DNA from: Camelus dromedarius
Taxonomy: Eukaryota
Direction: 5' to 3'
DNA: 64,000 nucleotides
NCBI RefSeq assembly: GCF_036321535.1
Contig: NC_087438.1
Span: 12,898,001 to 12,962,000, forward strand
In this document: one piece after another, positions 1 to 12,849 of the stretch
Layout: the number at the start of each line of letters is the position of its first letter
How positions within the stretch are numbered: the first letter of the stretch is position 1
The notes under the pieces: generated by a model
Seen by the model: the letters and a program-made list of their open reading frames with translations, nothing else
Database searches by the model: none
What the model was told of the DNA's origin: nothing
Program-made: the position numbers and the translations under genes

Positions 1-117
1 TTCTTTAATCCCCTATGTTAGGTAAAGTATACTTAGTAATTCATTTTACTAGGTAAAATTGAAATGGATTAATGATATTTTTATAGAGGCTGAAGTCAAG
101 TGTAATAATACAGGAAT

Positions 118-295
118 TATATATACAACACACATAATATGTATTATATATATTATACACACGATATGTACACACATACACATATAATATACAGTATAGT
201 ATGTATACATGTATATCACGTATGGTATCTATATTATATTATGATTTTTTTCACGAGTATATGTATATCATAAAAATATACGTATGATACATATA
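118..295. repeat. Degenerate (TA/CA)n low-complexity tract
   Basis: Runs of tata/caca/gtat seen directly. Confidence 0.75.
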
Positions 296-654
296 TTGTT
301 TCAGTAGTAAAGCAAATTTTATTTTATTAGTAGCAAATTCCAAAGACTGGGTTTCATAATCTTTGAGAAAATCATTTATTGTTGTTTGGGCCATCTGATT
401 TTCCCACCTCTTTTCTGACCAATTTTGATCCTTAATAATCTTCTTCCTACCTCGCACCATTGTAAGTACATGATAGGATCACAGTAAATACTCGTTTATT
501 TACTAACTAAATAGAAAAAGAACCCTCAATTAATCGACTAGAAGGAAATTACATCCAGTGATTGACGATACTGTAGTAATCTATAGGGAAATATGATAGG
601 AAAAGATAGAGAATTAGATCATTAATAGTAATTAAAATAATAGTAAAATATAGT

Positions 655-1030
655 AAAATAATAATAGCTGCATGGAACTAACTATATGTCAATTACTGTT
701 CCAAGTGCTTTACATATGTTAATACATTTAATCCTCCAACAGTTCAGTTTGAAAGTGATGTTATGTGATTTCCATGCTCACTTCATTGGTCGGAAAAAGT
801 CACCTGGTCATGACTGAGTTCAAAAGGGTGGGAATGTTAAGTTCTTCCACTGAGAGGGGGACTGAAAAGAGAGGCATGGAATTAAGATGACTAGAAATGC
901 AGTCTACCACAGCCTTTTCCTCTGCCTGAGGAAATTTGGGCACTATGAGGTTAAAGAACTTGTTCAAGGTTACACAGCTGGTAAGCTATTCGACCAGAAT
1001 TCAAAAGTTTTGATTGCCAAAGTGTATTAC
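655..1030 (-). mobile_element. MIR SINE, split by an MLT1 LTR fragment
   Basis: taatagct...caagtgctttacatatgttaatacatttaatcctc (655-740) and gaggttaaagaacttgttcaaggttacacagctggtaag (915-1030) match the antisense MIR core. Confidence 0.7.
760..911 (-). mobile_element. Old MaLR (MLT1-type) LTR fragment
   Basis: cacttcattggtc...agtcacctggtc...ctgagttcaaaagggtggga and terminal ctaccaca. Confidence 0.5.
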
Positions 1031-3324
1031 AGTTGTGCTGTGCGCCTCAGTCCTGCCAGAATGTGGTTAAATGCTTTGAGATTCCCTTGGCATTGGGAAA
1101 ACATAAAGAATTAGGTTTCCCAACAGTATTTGCAGAGAATCGATGTCTGTTAGAATTATGCTACATTAATAATGAAATTCAGCAGTTTGTTTTCTTTCAT
1201 TTCTCCCTCTTTTTGGCCATGTCACAGTCATAACCTCCATCTTTACACTCACTTCTCATCTGCGTCTTCCTATGAAACCAAATGGGCAGGGTTATTTGGA
1301 GGTGGAAGTGGTTAGGAAAAGAATGGCAGTGTTTAATGAAACATAAGACACCGTGAGGTCATGGAAAAACAATGTATAATGTTTCTTAACTTTGCAAATA
1401 GATGACAATTTGGTTCCAATCACTGTGGTTTTAGTTCCTGAGATTGTTTTACATTGTTACGCTTTCTAACTAAAGAGTTCAAGTGAATTCTGAAATTATT
1501 CATTTCTCTTTAATTACTATGAGATCTCATAATACCATTTAATTAGATAATCTTATACAATGCTTGAGGACAAAATCTTTTATGCATACTTAATACTCAG
1601 AATAGCATTTGTGACATTTATATGGTTCTCTCTAGAGAATTTATTGTGTGTAGACATGATATAGATTATTCCTTTTTAATGGAATAAATTTTATATGGAT
1701 TTAGATAATTCTACCCTCTTCATAAGCATGGATTTATGCTTTAAGTATTAAGTATGTTCTTAAATATCCTTAAAATAATAATGTAGAAAAATAGTTTGTA
1801 AACTTAGGATTGCATATTATTTTGTTTGCTAAATGTTCTGGGTGCATAACAATTATAATATCATAAAACATGCCCTTGGCAGAGCCTGGAGTTAACTGTT
1901 TAACCATTTTATTCCTGACATTTTTGTTGACTGCATATGGTAGTGGGGTTGAAGGAAGATAAAAACTGAGAAAAAGATTTTGAGGAGGCAAAATAGAAGA
2001 TAAATGAGGGCTTATTAAGAATACTGTTCCTAGGATGTTAAAATCTATAAAATGCTGTAATATTTTACAGCATTTGAGACTGATCAAATTAAATATCTTC
2101 TTAAATATTGGCATATGTAATGTATATTCTTCCCCATTTGAATATGAACTTCCTGAGGATAGGAGCATATACTGTTATCACCCAGCATAGTACTTGGCAT
2201 GAAGTGTATACACTATGTTATGTATTGGATATATAAACGAGTATATCAAGAAAAATCACAAAATCCCTGTCATAAATAGAAATTATATTTAAATTACTAT
2301 GGCATTATTTATTTATTTGCAATTAAGTATACATATTTATAATTTATTGATTATTTTTAACGGTAAAGTGATATATTATTTTGAGATAAAAATTATACTG
2401 AAAAGGCAATCATGCTTTAAAATGAATTCTAGGAGAAACAGTCATGGAATATGAAAGCTATTTTGAGCTACTTTTTCTTTTTATACTTGACTTTCCTGGT
2501 AATACCCTGATAGTTTTACAACTCACACTTGAGTAATAAATGCCCACTGTTTCTGGTTTCCGAAGATTAACAACATTATAGGATCCTATTAAACTTCCCA
2601 GGCACTAGTTTGGATTTCCAAAGTCACAAGAACGTCTAATTGGAGAACAGATCTGCCTGTCCTAAATATTTTCTTTTAAATGTAAGCTAATCTCACTTCG
2701 AGGCCATGTCTCATTTGTATTATTTTCACTGGATATAGAGTCACCCAAGAACAAATTAAACTTATTCACCTCAAGTTATTTTCTGTTGTATTTACCGGGT
2801 TGCTTCAAAGTATTTAGTCCATTTGGCTAGATAAACATGCATTTTTATGATGAAAAGTTAACATAGGACCATAAGGCTGAGTGTTAAGTGGACATATTTA
2901 TTTAACCGTAATACCTAAAGATATTTTAAAATTTGTAGCTATAGAGTTTCCTTTTGTTTCTTTCTATGTGTACAGATATGAAGCTGAATTTATTAACTAT
3001 ATACTTTTGTGTAATAATATGCATTTGGACAAGAACCAGTCCCTTTTTAAGAAGTGTATGATGTGCACTCTGTATGTTCAGAAGGGCGCTATGGTTCATT
3101 AAACCAGATACAATCAGGCTTTGTTTTGTGAATTACAATTTTTATAACATTTATTTTTCTCATATCATCCTGTCAACAACCAGGGAAATATCAGTTGATG
3201 GAGAGAAAATTAAACCAAAGGCATGGAAAAATCCATTTGTGCAAAATCCCAATCACTTTGGAGGAATGAGTAAATATAGGGGTATATTTGAAAAAATATA
3301 TCCAACTGCAAACATCAACATGAA

Positions 3325-4080
3325 CCAATAAGCAAAAGAATTACAACAAACTTAGTGGGTTAAAACACACATATTTGTTATTTCCCACTGTTTGTCCAGA
3401 GTCTGGAGTCCTGGCCTGGCATGGCTGGATCCTCAGCTAAGGGTCTAACATGGCTGCAGTCAAGGAGTTAGCTGGGTGGTGTTTTTATCTGTGTGCTCGA
3501 CTGGGGAAGATTCTGCTTCCAGGCACACTCAGGTTGTTGGCAACATTCATTCACTTGTGGTTTAAAACTGAGGGTCTTAGCTTTTGGCTGAATGTTGACT
3601 GGAGACCCCCTAAGCAAAATACTGACAGAAGGAAATAGACCTACAACCTTAATTTCTTTTTCAGATTCTATTCCATTACAGATTATTACAGGGTACTGAA
3701 TATAGTTCCCTGGGCTGTACAGTAGTTCCTTATTTATCTCTTTTATATACAGTAGTATGTATCTGTTAATTCCAAACACCTCTTTTATCCCTTCCCCCCA
3801 ACCCTCATTCATTCTTAAAAACTCAGTTCAAGAGTCTTCCTAGCCCAAATGTTATGGGTTAGGGTCCTTGCTAACACACTTCAGAACCGCTTGGGTTTAC
3901 TTTTGTCACTGTACATACCACACTAGAGGTTTACACAGCTCCTGGGTTCTGCCCACAGCTCCCAGCCCCATGATTTTTCCCAACATTGCCACTTGCTTCG
4001 TCACATCACCATGGAGAGTCTTTAGAGTGAGTCTACTAGCAAGAAGGAGTCATATAATGTAACACAGTCATGGGAGGGAA
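3325..4080 (-). mobile_element. MLT1D/E-like MaLR LTR in two pieces (3325-3614, 3923-4080)
   Basis: aattacaacaaacttagtgggttaaaaca, ctggggaagattctgcttccagg...caggttgttggcaacattca; resumes at ctagagg...cacagctcc. Confidence 0.75.
3652..3805 (-). mobile_element. L1 3'UTR fragment (cetartiodactyl type), no poly(A) tail
   Basis: Reverse complement resembles the 3'UTRs at 38116-38290 and 58850-58960 (aatatagttccctgggctgtacagtag). Confidence 0.75.
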
Positions 4081-5019
4081 ACCCCAAGACATCCAGCACA
4101 GTAGAGATAATAAAGGTATTTTTACAAGGTGGTTACAATTCTCCCTCAACTGTGCATCTGGTTTCAGCAGAGATGGGCTCAAACTGGAATGAAAGAAAGA
4201 GGGCTCCAGAAGACATATCTAAGAAAAAAATCAATTAATTAATGTGTTCAATATAGCAAATAGGCAAAGCAAAAAAAAAAAAAAAAAAAAAAGACACAGC
4301 TATTAATTCCAGTAGAAACAGAATGCTGTACAAGAAAGAAAATAAATGCTAAATACTGAGTTCACCAAAATTACAGCAAAATTATTTTGGATGTTGGACA
4401 GAGGAAATATTTACATGTGATTATATGGTTGGAATAGGAAAAAGGATCTCTAAATCTTCATATTCTATATTAAGGAATCAGTAGGTTAATATCTAAAACT
4501 TGAAGAAAAATAGAGTATAAGTACGTTATTTAACAACCTGACACTAAACAGATGGAGTAATTAAAGAGCTGAAATCCATTGTCTATAGTGGGTGAACAGG
4601 AAGATGAATATATGAATGACAAGGTCTACTGTTTTTTGTTATATTTGTCCTACTTTGATTTTTTATACTATGCAGTTGCATAATTATGATAAAATAAAAA
4701 TTAAGAATGAGTAGAATGAGCATTTTAGCATTCATTTCATGTACCTAAATATTGTTTAAATTTTTCAAAAGCTATGTCTTAAATTTGTTATTAAAAGCAA
4801 TAAATCTCTCTCCTTCCTCCAAAATGTATAAAGCTTTTTTTTTTCCAGTGAACTCTGAAGAGACAGAGAATCTCCTTGAGGCCAAGACAGAATGGATGAA
4901 ATACTAGACAGCAGGGAAGGGAGCTGGTATTCAGTTAAGAATACATTTCCCAAGCTTGACAATTTTTTTCCCAGTCTAAGAGTTAGAGTAGAAGAAAGAA
5001 GGAAGTGGACAAAAAACTT

Positions 5020-5210
5020 CATTAATTGCCTACTGTGTGCTTGGCACTGCAGAGGTGTTGCCTGTGTTTCTTCACTTGGTCCTCACGATAACACCGAGAC
5101 AGATATTGCTTACCTAGTGTTATAGAGGAGGGGCTGATGATGAGAAATTAAACAGATTGATCCAGCAAATCAGGCTCTGTAGTGTCAGAGCAAGAACTGA
5201 AACTCAAAAA
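5020..5210 (-). mobile_element. MIR SINE fragment
   Basis: cattaattgcctactgtgtgcttggcactg...ggtcctcacgataacacc. Confidence 0.6.
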
Positions 5211-5899
5211 AACATCAGCTATAGATGACTCTAAAATGAAGCCTTGCTTAGCATCAATCCTTTGTGTGCAAAATATGCTTCGTTTATGAAGTGAAGATCT
5301 TCATTGTGTTAATTCAGTATGCCTTCTGCAATCTTGTTTACATTAATTCACTTGAACATGGACAACTCAAAGGTCAGTTTCAGTTTTGCTCTTGTAAAAT
5401 GTTCAAGCCCAGAATTTTATACCAATTTTCATCAACTGATATATTCAAATAGTATAACAGCATTTTATTGAGTGAGTGTAGGTGGTTAATTTTTAAAAAT
5501 TGCTAATCTAAGTATTGAGTTCCTATGTAATTTGTAGTAATTATATGGCAACTTGATTTATCTGCTATTATTCGATTAAATCATAACACGTGATTTTAGT
5601 GATGTATCAATATTTAATAGAATCATTAGCATATGGTTGACATTTTGCTAAATCTTTGTGTATGACCTTCCTCATTATGAGTTTAAATAGATCTATTGCT
5701 GGCTTTGGTTTAGTATATCTATTTTTAAGAAGAGGGGTTTTGTTCTAACTAGTGTTCGTGAAGGAATCCATTTCTGAGGGGTGTATGTAGGATTTGGGGG
5801 AACAGTTTTAAAGAATCTCAGAAACAACTATGTTTACCTTTTGATGCTCTGATTTATTGCTGTGACAAGAACAAGTAGAGGTGTCAAAGAAGAACGGTG

Positions 5900-7450
5900 A
5901 TGTCGAAAAAAATCATAAAGAGATTAACAGCTCAACACTGAAACAGTTCTATTCATTAGTCTGTTCACATCCCTGATGAGCAGTCTTTCTGACAAACAAT
6001 GGGGGAAGTGGTCAGGGCGCGGGAGTGCTGATGCAAGCTCGGCTGTGTTTCCACCTGCCACGAGCAGGCAGAAGATCACAACAGATTGTGGCCTCTGCTC
6101 TTCCCAGAGGCCCCTGGTCTTTCATGCAGAGTATAAGAATGGCAACAAAATGCAGGGCTGTGCGTGCGCGTATGCATGTGTTTTCATTAGTAATTTTAAC
6201 TTGCCAATTGGCAAATAAAAAATTTATGTGTTTGGTTGATTGTTGATCCCAATCTCATCAGAGTTACGCTGGTGACATATACCTAAATCTTTTAGCATGT
6301 GTTTTAATGAAATGATGATTAAAAAAATACCAACATTTCTGACTATGAAAGATCAGCTTTTATGGGAAAATAGTATAAGATTAGATCCTCTATCTGTTTG
6401 AATGTATACTTATTTTCCATAACAGTTACACTTCGTGAGAGGACTTACAAATAAGTTGAGATGTGAAAGGTACAGATTTTTTTTCCCTCGAGCAGCGTGG
6501 CTCTGGCGTTCACTGAGGAAGGAGTGTGTGTCTGTGGCATATGCGCATATATGAACGTGCAGAGAAGGCTTTCATGTGATTGAGCCTGAGGGAGTGCAGG
6601 TTTTGTACTAGGTCAGATTAATGCTCTCCCATATGGTCACTAACTAACTTGATAGACTCTCACCAGCCTCTGTTCCCATCTCCTGGGCTGGAGCTCATTT
6701 AACCAAAAGCATGATGAAGGCGACAAAGAGGGACCAGCTGAGCCTTAAAGCCTTTGTTTAGCCTAATAGATCAGGTTAGCGTTTTGCAGATGTTGGGTTT
6801 CCGAATCAATAATCCTGTTGACGGCACCTCCCAGCAGTAGCTATTAGACGACGTAATTTGGAATTTAATTTGCTTCTTAGGTTAAAGCAAACAAATCTCA
6901 TTTGCAGTGTAAAATATCCAACATCATGAAAATAATGCCTTCTGTTTTGCTTTCTCACCCAAGGGCATGTTATAGAATAGAAGTCAAGGTTACTGTGACA
7001 GTCATCGCATTGCAGAGAACGCAGCCGCAGACTACGTTTTGAAAGCCTGTTTTTTTCCACTTATTAGGTTGTCACAAGTGGTAACCATGCTAGCAGAGGT
7101 ATTTGTAGCTTTGTATTGTGTTAGGAGAAATAGAATTCCCCGATACTACAGCTGCACTTCTGATTTGTCGTTTATTGGGAATAAATAGAGGGTGGTATGC
7201 CCGTTGCCATGGAAACTAGTTCTACTTTTGAGCAGCGCAAGACCTTCAAGCGCGTTTGAAATTGCTTGCTTCTCGTTATGTCTCAGCACTGGAGAAGGTG
7301 TAGTGTGCAATTAAATAGAAGTGAAGGTTTAATTAAAAAATTAAATTACGTTTTCTGGATGGTCCTTTGTGTACAATAAACTTACGAGAGCTTTGCTGCT
7401 TGCAAAGCTGACTGGATGTGTATTTTGAAAAGAGAAAAGGATCATCTTCT
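5900..7450. promoter_or_regulatory. Candidate promoter/enhancer block (repeat-free, CpG-retaining)
   Basis: Visibly more CpGs than flanks (gggcgcggg, gtgcgtgcgcgt, gaacgcagccgc, agcgcaag, agcgcgtt), no recognisable transposon, several palindromic motifs. Confidence 0.55.
7203..7216. promoter_or_regulatory. RFX X-box motif
   Basis: GTTGCCATGGAAAC, 13/14 match to the palindromic X-box GTTGCCATGGCAAC. Confidence 0.7.
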
Positions 7451-7458
7451 TACTGCTC

Positions 7459-7484
7459 TGTGTGTGTGTGTGTTTGTGTGTGTG
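7459..7484. repeat. (TG)n microsatellite
   Basis: Direct. Confidence 0.9.
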
Positions 7485-8084
7485 ACATAGAGAGATATTC
7501 ATGATGATCTTTCTCTTAGAAATTTGTTACAAAAATGCCAGTTCCATCTAGAACATTCTGGAAATCTTGGTATGCAGGGTGGTAAAAAGAAAAATATATG
7601 TTTGGATTTGTTTGTAGGTTATAAATCAAGAGAGTTAAATATTATGCTGACACAAAAAATACAACATTTAATTGTTCAGATTTTTAAAGGGCATCTTTTA
7701 AGGAAAATTAGTGAAAATAAGAAAATGCTGTATAGTCTGGCCCTGACATATTGTCATTTCAAAACCTATATGCCCATGAGACAGTCAAAAGATGGGGAGT
7801 TTACATGACAGAAGCTAAAAGCAGGCTTATATTTTAAAAAGTGAAGTGTATTTTTCACGTAAAATGTGAGATTCCTTAGCACCTGAAAATGAAAAAAAAA
7901 TGTTGAAATGTTTATTTAGTCTTATGTATCAGTTATATAAGTTGTCCCAGAAATAGAAATACAGATTATTCAGAGATGATCGGGGGATCATTTTACTTAT
8001 AGCCAAATGTGAAAACCTCACCTTTTTACAGCTCTCTATGATACACAGGGCTTCCACACACATCACACACATTGTTTCAGGTGC

Positions 8085-8220
8085 TCTCTCAACAATTCCA
8101 AAGTAACAGTGTAGCAGCTTTTATCTCCATTTTATGTATAAGGGACTTGCTTAAAGTTGCTCAGGTATCTATGGGACCCAGGAGTCAATGTCTTCTGACT
8201 TCTAGCCTTATGAACTTTCC
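8085..8220 (-). mobile_element. MIR SINE fragment
   Basis: tatctccattttat...gacttgcttaaagttgctcag...tctgacttctagcc. Confidence 0.55.
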
Positions 8221-8910
8221 CTTTTTAGAATGGTATGTCCTATCAGACTAAATTTACGAAACATACTGTTGTCTCTTGAGGAAGGTATTACAAAATATTT
8301 AGGGATACAATTTAACTGCTCTTTGGACTTACAGAAAGTATGCGCCAGAGTGTGATTTTAAATCAAGTTTTCTCATCTTCTAAGCATCCTACTGTATATA
8401 TTTATTTATTTTATTTTTTTGGAGGTTTAAAGTGAGTTTTCTGGTTAATTCATATTGTTCAGCCCTATTTGCCATGATGCAGTTTTTATGTAATTGAAAT
8501 ATTCCTCCTGTAATGACACACAGGATAGTTATTTTTGCACGGATGACATGTCCAGTTAAGCGGGTGTTATTTATGGTTAGCCATTGTCTGCTCAATCAAT
8601 CCCTTACTGGCGATGAGCCCTTGTGGCAGTGGAGCCCCATCCTATAAAAAGGTTCTATGGAGAATTAGAAAAAGAGTTCTCTGTGATAGCAGGAGCTTCG
8701 TTGGTAGTGAGCAGCTGCTGGCCCAGCAGTCCTGGGACTTCCATGAGGCTGCTATGAATATGTTCACAGCATGCTGAGGCTGGTTCCATGCTGCTACGAT
8801 GCTGCATCGCCAAATCCTGTCTGCTGGAGAGGGCGGGCTTCATCCTATTTAATACAGAGCCTTTCTTAAAGGAGATATTTCACTTCTGTTAAATAAAAAT
8901 TATGCCCTTC

Positions 8911-9057
8911 AGCTATATTCAGTATCTTGTAGTAACCTATAATGAAAATGAATATGAAAGGGAATAAATGTATGTATATGTATGATTGAAACATTATGCT
9001 GTACACCAGAAATTGACACAAAATTGTAAACTGACTATACTTCAGTGAAAAAAAAGA
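8911..9057 (+). mobile_element. Short L1 3' end with A-rich tail
   Basis: tatattcagtatcttgtagtaacctataatg...tgctgtacaccagaaattgacac...ttgtaaactgactatacttca + A tract; possible short TSD agctat. Confidence 0.8.
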
Positions 9058-9759
9058 AGCTATTTTTTCAGCCGATCACAGTCACTTTTGGGATTAGATA
9101 CCCTACCTAAGAGAGTTTAGATGCCTATATTTCTCTTCAAATTTCTGTGTAAGTCTAATTAACCATATATCATAAAAAATAAAAAACCTAGACTGATCAT
9201 AGGATGTTAGCTAATATGGAAAAAATAAAATAAGTTGGGTTTCCTTAAAAAAATGATGCTGTTCAATGTATAATCCATGCTTTCATAATATCTCTACAGA
9301 ATTTAGCACTTGGAAAAAATTATGTGAGTTCTTTTTTGTTCTTGTCAAATGTGAAGATTCTCTTCTATCATAGATCACTGGTTAAGTAGCTAGATTTCAA
9401 GAGGAAAAAAAGGGGGGATCTTCCGTGAAATTTATTTCAACACCTATTGTCCAAGTTTTGGAATGTACAGATTTAACAAAATGTTAGCTCAGGTTTGAGA
9501 TGACAGTCATGGCCAATGTCAACAAGCTTCAAAGCATGGAAGTCTGAGTTATTCTTTGGTGAAGGGAGATTGACCAAAGCACCAGGCACCCAAGGATTTC
9601 ACACTGGTACCAACCCTCGTGCTCCTGAATTCTCCAGGCTGGTACTCTGACCTCAAATGGCGACAGCTTGCTTGTCAAAATTTTTACACTGATTCCACGC
9701 AGGAAGCTAATGTAGAAATCTGAATAGGTTGTATGCATTTTCTTCATAGTAACCGTTAA

Positions 9760-11190
9760 ATGAACTGTAAATTGTCCATAGAAAAGAGCACAAATTATAA
9801 GTGTACACCATTCAATGAATTTTAGAGAGTGAATAATCTATGTAAGTAGTACTGTGGACAACACAAAATACTACTCTTACTCCTGTAGACTCTCCTGGAG
9901 CCTTCATGCCACTGTCAACACCAAGGATAGCCAATGTATGATCTTCTAACAGCATAGATTAGATTTGCCAAGTTTTGAACTTTATATAAATAGAGCCATA
10001 TTTTTGTGTTTGGCTTCTTTCACTCGATGCTACGTCTCTGAGATTCATCCATGTTTTTGTGACTAGTTGTAGCTGGTTCGTTTCTATCACTGCACGGTAC
10101 GTTGTCATGTGAGTGTATCCCTATTCACTTAACCATTGTTCTGTAGATGTTTGTAGGTGGTGTTTCTAGTTTGGGACTGCTATAAACATTCCAGTACAAG
10201 GATTTGGTGAGCGTATCTACTTACTTCTGTTGGGCATGTATGTAAGTTCATTAAATTGGTACGTAGATACTGCTGAATTGTTTTCCCAAGTGGCTGGACA
10301 ATTGCTCCACATGTCGTTAATATGCAGTTTTGACTGCACTTCAATTTTAGCTATCTGAGTGGGCGTACATGTACCGTATTGCAACTTTAATTTTCATTTT
10401 CCTGATCACTAATAAAATAATGTTTCATATGTGTGTTGGCCATTCATGTTTTTTTGAAGCGGCTGTTCAAACATTTGAATTTTTCTATTAACTTGACTGC
10501 CTTTGCCTTATTGTTTTGTTGATATTGTTTTTATAGTCTCAGTTTGTTTATTTTTTTTTCTAATACATGTTTTGTTACTATTTCTTCCCACTCAAAAGCC
10601 TGCCTTTTTATTTTCATAATGTGATATTTTTTTTCTCATGGCTGGAACTTTTTTAACTTCTATTTAAGAAATCTTTAAGATTATTTAAGAAAACCACCCT
10701 GTTTTTTTCTAGAAGATTTCTTGTTTTAACATTTCACACTTAGATCCACGATAAGTCTCAATTGATTTATTGGTAAGTGGTTTGGTCTTAAAAAATCTGC
10801 AGATGTTTTTCTGTTGCATTACAGTGTCATCTTTGTTATAAATCGATTGATCATATATGTGTGGGTTTGTTTCTATACTGTCCGTTTGATTCTAATGGAC
10901 TCTTTGTCATTTCTCCAATACCTTCCTGCCTTCATTGCTATAAATCTTTTCTGACTCTTTCTATATGGTAGTGTCAGTTTTCAAACTTTGCTCTTCTTTT
11001 TTTTTTTTTTAAAAGATTTTCTAGACTATTTTGACTCTTTGTTTTTTCATACAAATGTTAAGTTCAGAGTGTCAATTTTCACAAAACAACTTCCTAGAGT
11101 ATTTATTCAGATTGCTGTCATCAATAAGATGAATTTTTGAGGAACTGCTATCTTTACAATCTGTGAGCATTTTACATACTCCATTTATTT
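9760..11190 (-). mobile_element. Ancient L1 (L1ME-like) 3' region, antisense
   Basis: ttttgaactttatataaatag, ggcttctttcactc...gagattcatccatg, cattttcctgatcactaat. Confidence 0.75.
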
Positions 11191-11229
11191 AAATGGTGGT
11201 AACTTAAAGAATAATCCTTTAAATAAATT

Positions 11230-12440
11230 ACTCTGTGCCAGTTGAATAGCCATGTGGATAAAAACGAACTTTGACTTCTGTACATTAAAGCTTCACACTG
11301 TGCATCAAAGCCAATTCTAGATGCATTAGATTAGAATGTTATTAGAAGTGAATGCTCAAATTGAAAAATTACATTTCTATAGAATAATACTTGTGACTAC
11401 ATTTATGACCCTGAGATGGGAAAAGTTGAGTACAAAACTGTTTCTTAAACAGGACACCAGAAACACTAAATAAAAGGAAAAGAATGAGTCAATGATCCTG
11501 ACAAACTTAATTTAATTTTATCAAAATACAACATTAAGTACGTAGAAGTGAGGGGAAAATAGTTTGAATATATATTACCAAAAAAGGGCTCATGTCTGGA
11601 AAATATAAAACATTCATTCAAGTCAATTAGAAAAATATTACTCAATAGGGAATTGGAGGAAAACTTTAATACATGTTTGCAAAAGAGAACAATCACGTGT
11701 CCAATAAAGATGTGAAAAAGTGCTTATCCGTGAAAAGCAAAATAAAACTTTTTTTTCATTGTCAATAAATAGTGTTAATTATCTGTCAGAATGATGAAAA
11801 TAAAAAAGAATGTTAATATCAGGAGTCGGAAAAGATGTGGGGCTATGGGAGCTTTCTCATGCACAACTGTGGGAATTTCTTTTGATAAAGTCACATTGGA
11901 AAACTGACTTTACCTCTTTGAGTTGAACATACACAATCATTAAAGCCCAACAACCTATCCACAAATATTTACCCAGGACACAGCCACACAGACACACCAC
12001 AAATCATGAATGAGGATTACAACATGAATTACTTTTACCAAAGAACAAAAACATCTCCAATGTACTTCAGTACTAGAAGAATTAAAACACATTCATACAA
12101 CAGGATATCATATGAATAAGGAAAATGAATGAATGATTCTTACAAGTAATAACATAGATGAATATGGGAAATATAATTGTTGAAAGAAAGAAGCCCAATC
12201 CAAAAGATTAATACTGGTATGACTGGATGTATATTAAGCTCAAAAAACAGGCAAAGCTAATCTACGATTTTAGAAATCAGTATAGTCATAATATTTAAGA
12301 GAGGGGCAGGAAAGAAGTGTCTGCAATGCTGCTTTAACTTATTGATCTAGGTGGAGGTTACACAGGCTTGTTCACTCTGATAATACACTGAACTGTGTGT
12401 CTGTGATTGGTGCAATTTTTCTAAACATCATTAAAGATAT
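11230..12440 (+). mobile_element. Ancient L1 (L1ME-like) 3' region, sense
   Basis: ttcttaaacaggacac, aaaaaacaggcaaagctaatctac...gaaatcag, ttgatctaggtggaggttacacagg. Confidence 0.75.
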
Positions 12441-12577
12441 TAATGTATATTTACATGTTTATTAGATAAATTTATATATATATATGTTTACGTATTTCTC
12501 CATTGTATGTGTTCAGATACAACATTGAACAAAACAAAATGAGTTTCTCTGCTCTTGGAATATACTTTCTTACAATC

Positions 12578-12849
12578 ATTTTTCCCTCAGCTTTATCGAG
12601 ATATAAGTGACATACAATCTTGTGTAAGGTTAAGATGTACACTGTGTTGATTTGATACACTTGTATATTGCAAAATGATTACCACTATAGTGTTAGCTAA
12701 CATTTTCATCATCTTATAAATTATCATTTCTTTTTGTGATGAAATCTGCTCTCAGCATCTTCAAGTATATACTCTATTATTAACTATAATCACCATGTTG
12801 TACATTAGATGGTTAGAATTTATTCATTTTAGAACTGGAAGTTTGTACC
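12578..12849 (-). mobile_element. L1MA9-like 3' end
   Basis: cagctttatcgagatataagtgacatac...ttaactataatcaccatgttgtacattaga...aactggaagtttgtaccc; probable TSD cttacaatc (12569) / cttacagtc (12850). Confidence 0.8.

Noticed and set aside
7197..7259. Mini-ORF MPVAMETSSTFEQRKTFKRV with a strong Kozak GCCATGG and faint LC3-like wording
   Set aside because: Only 20 codons; the Kozak match is a by-product of the X-box; similarity does not extend
8655..8843. 62-aa minus-strand ORF MKPALSSRQ...
   Set aside because: No recognisable homology; length expected by chance
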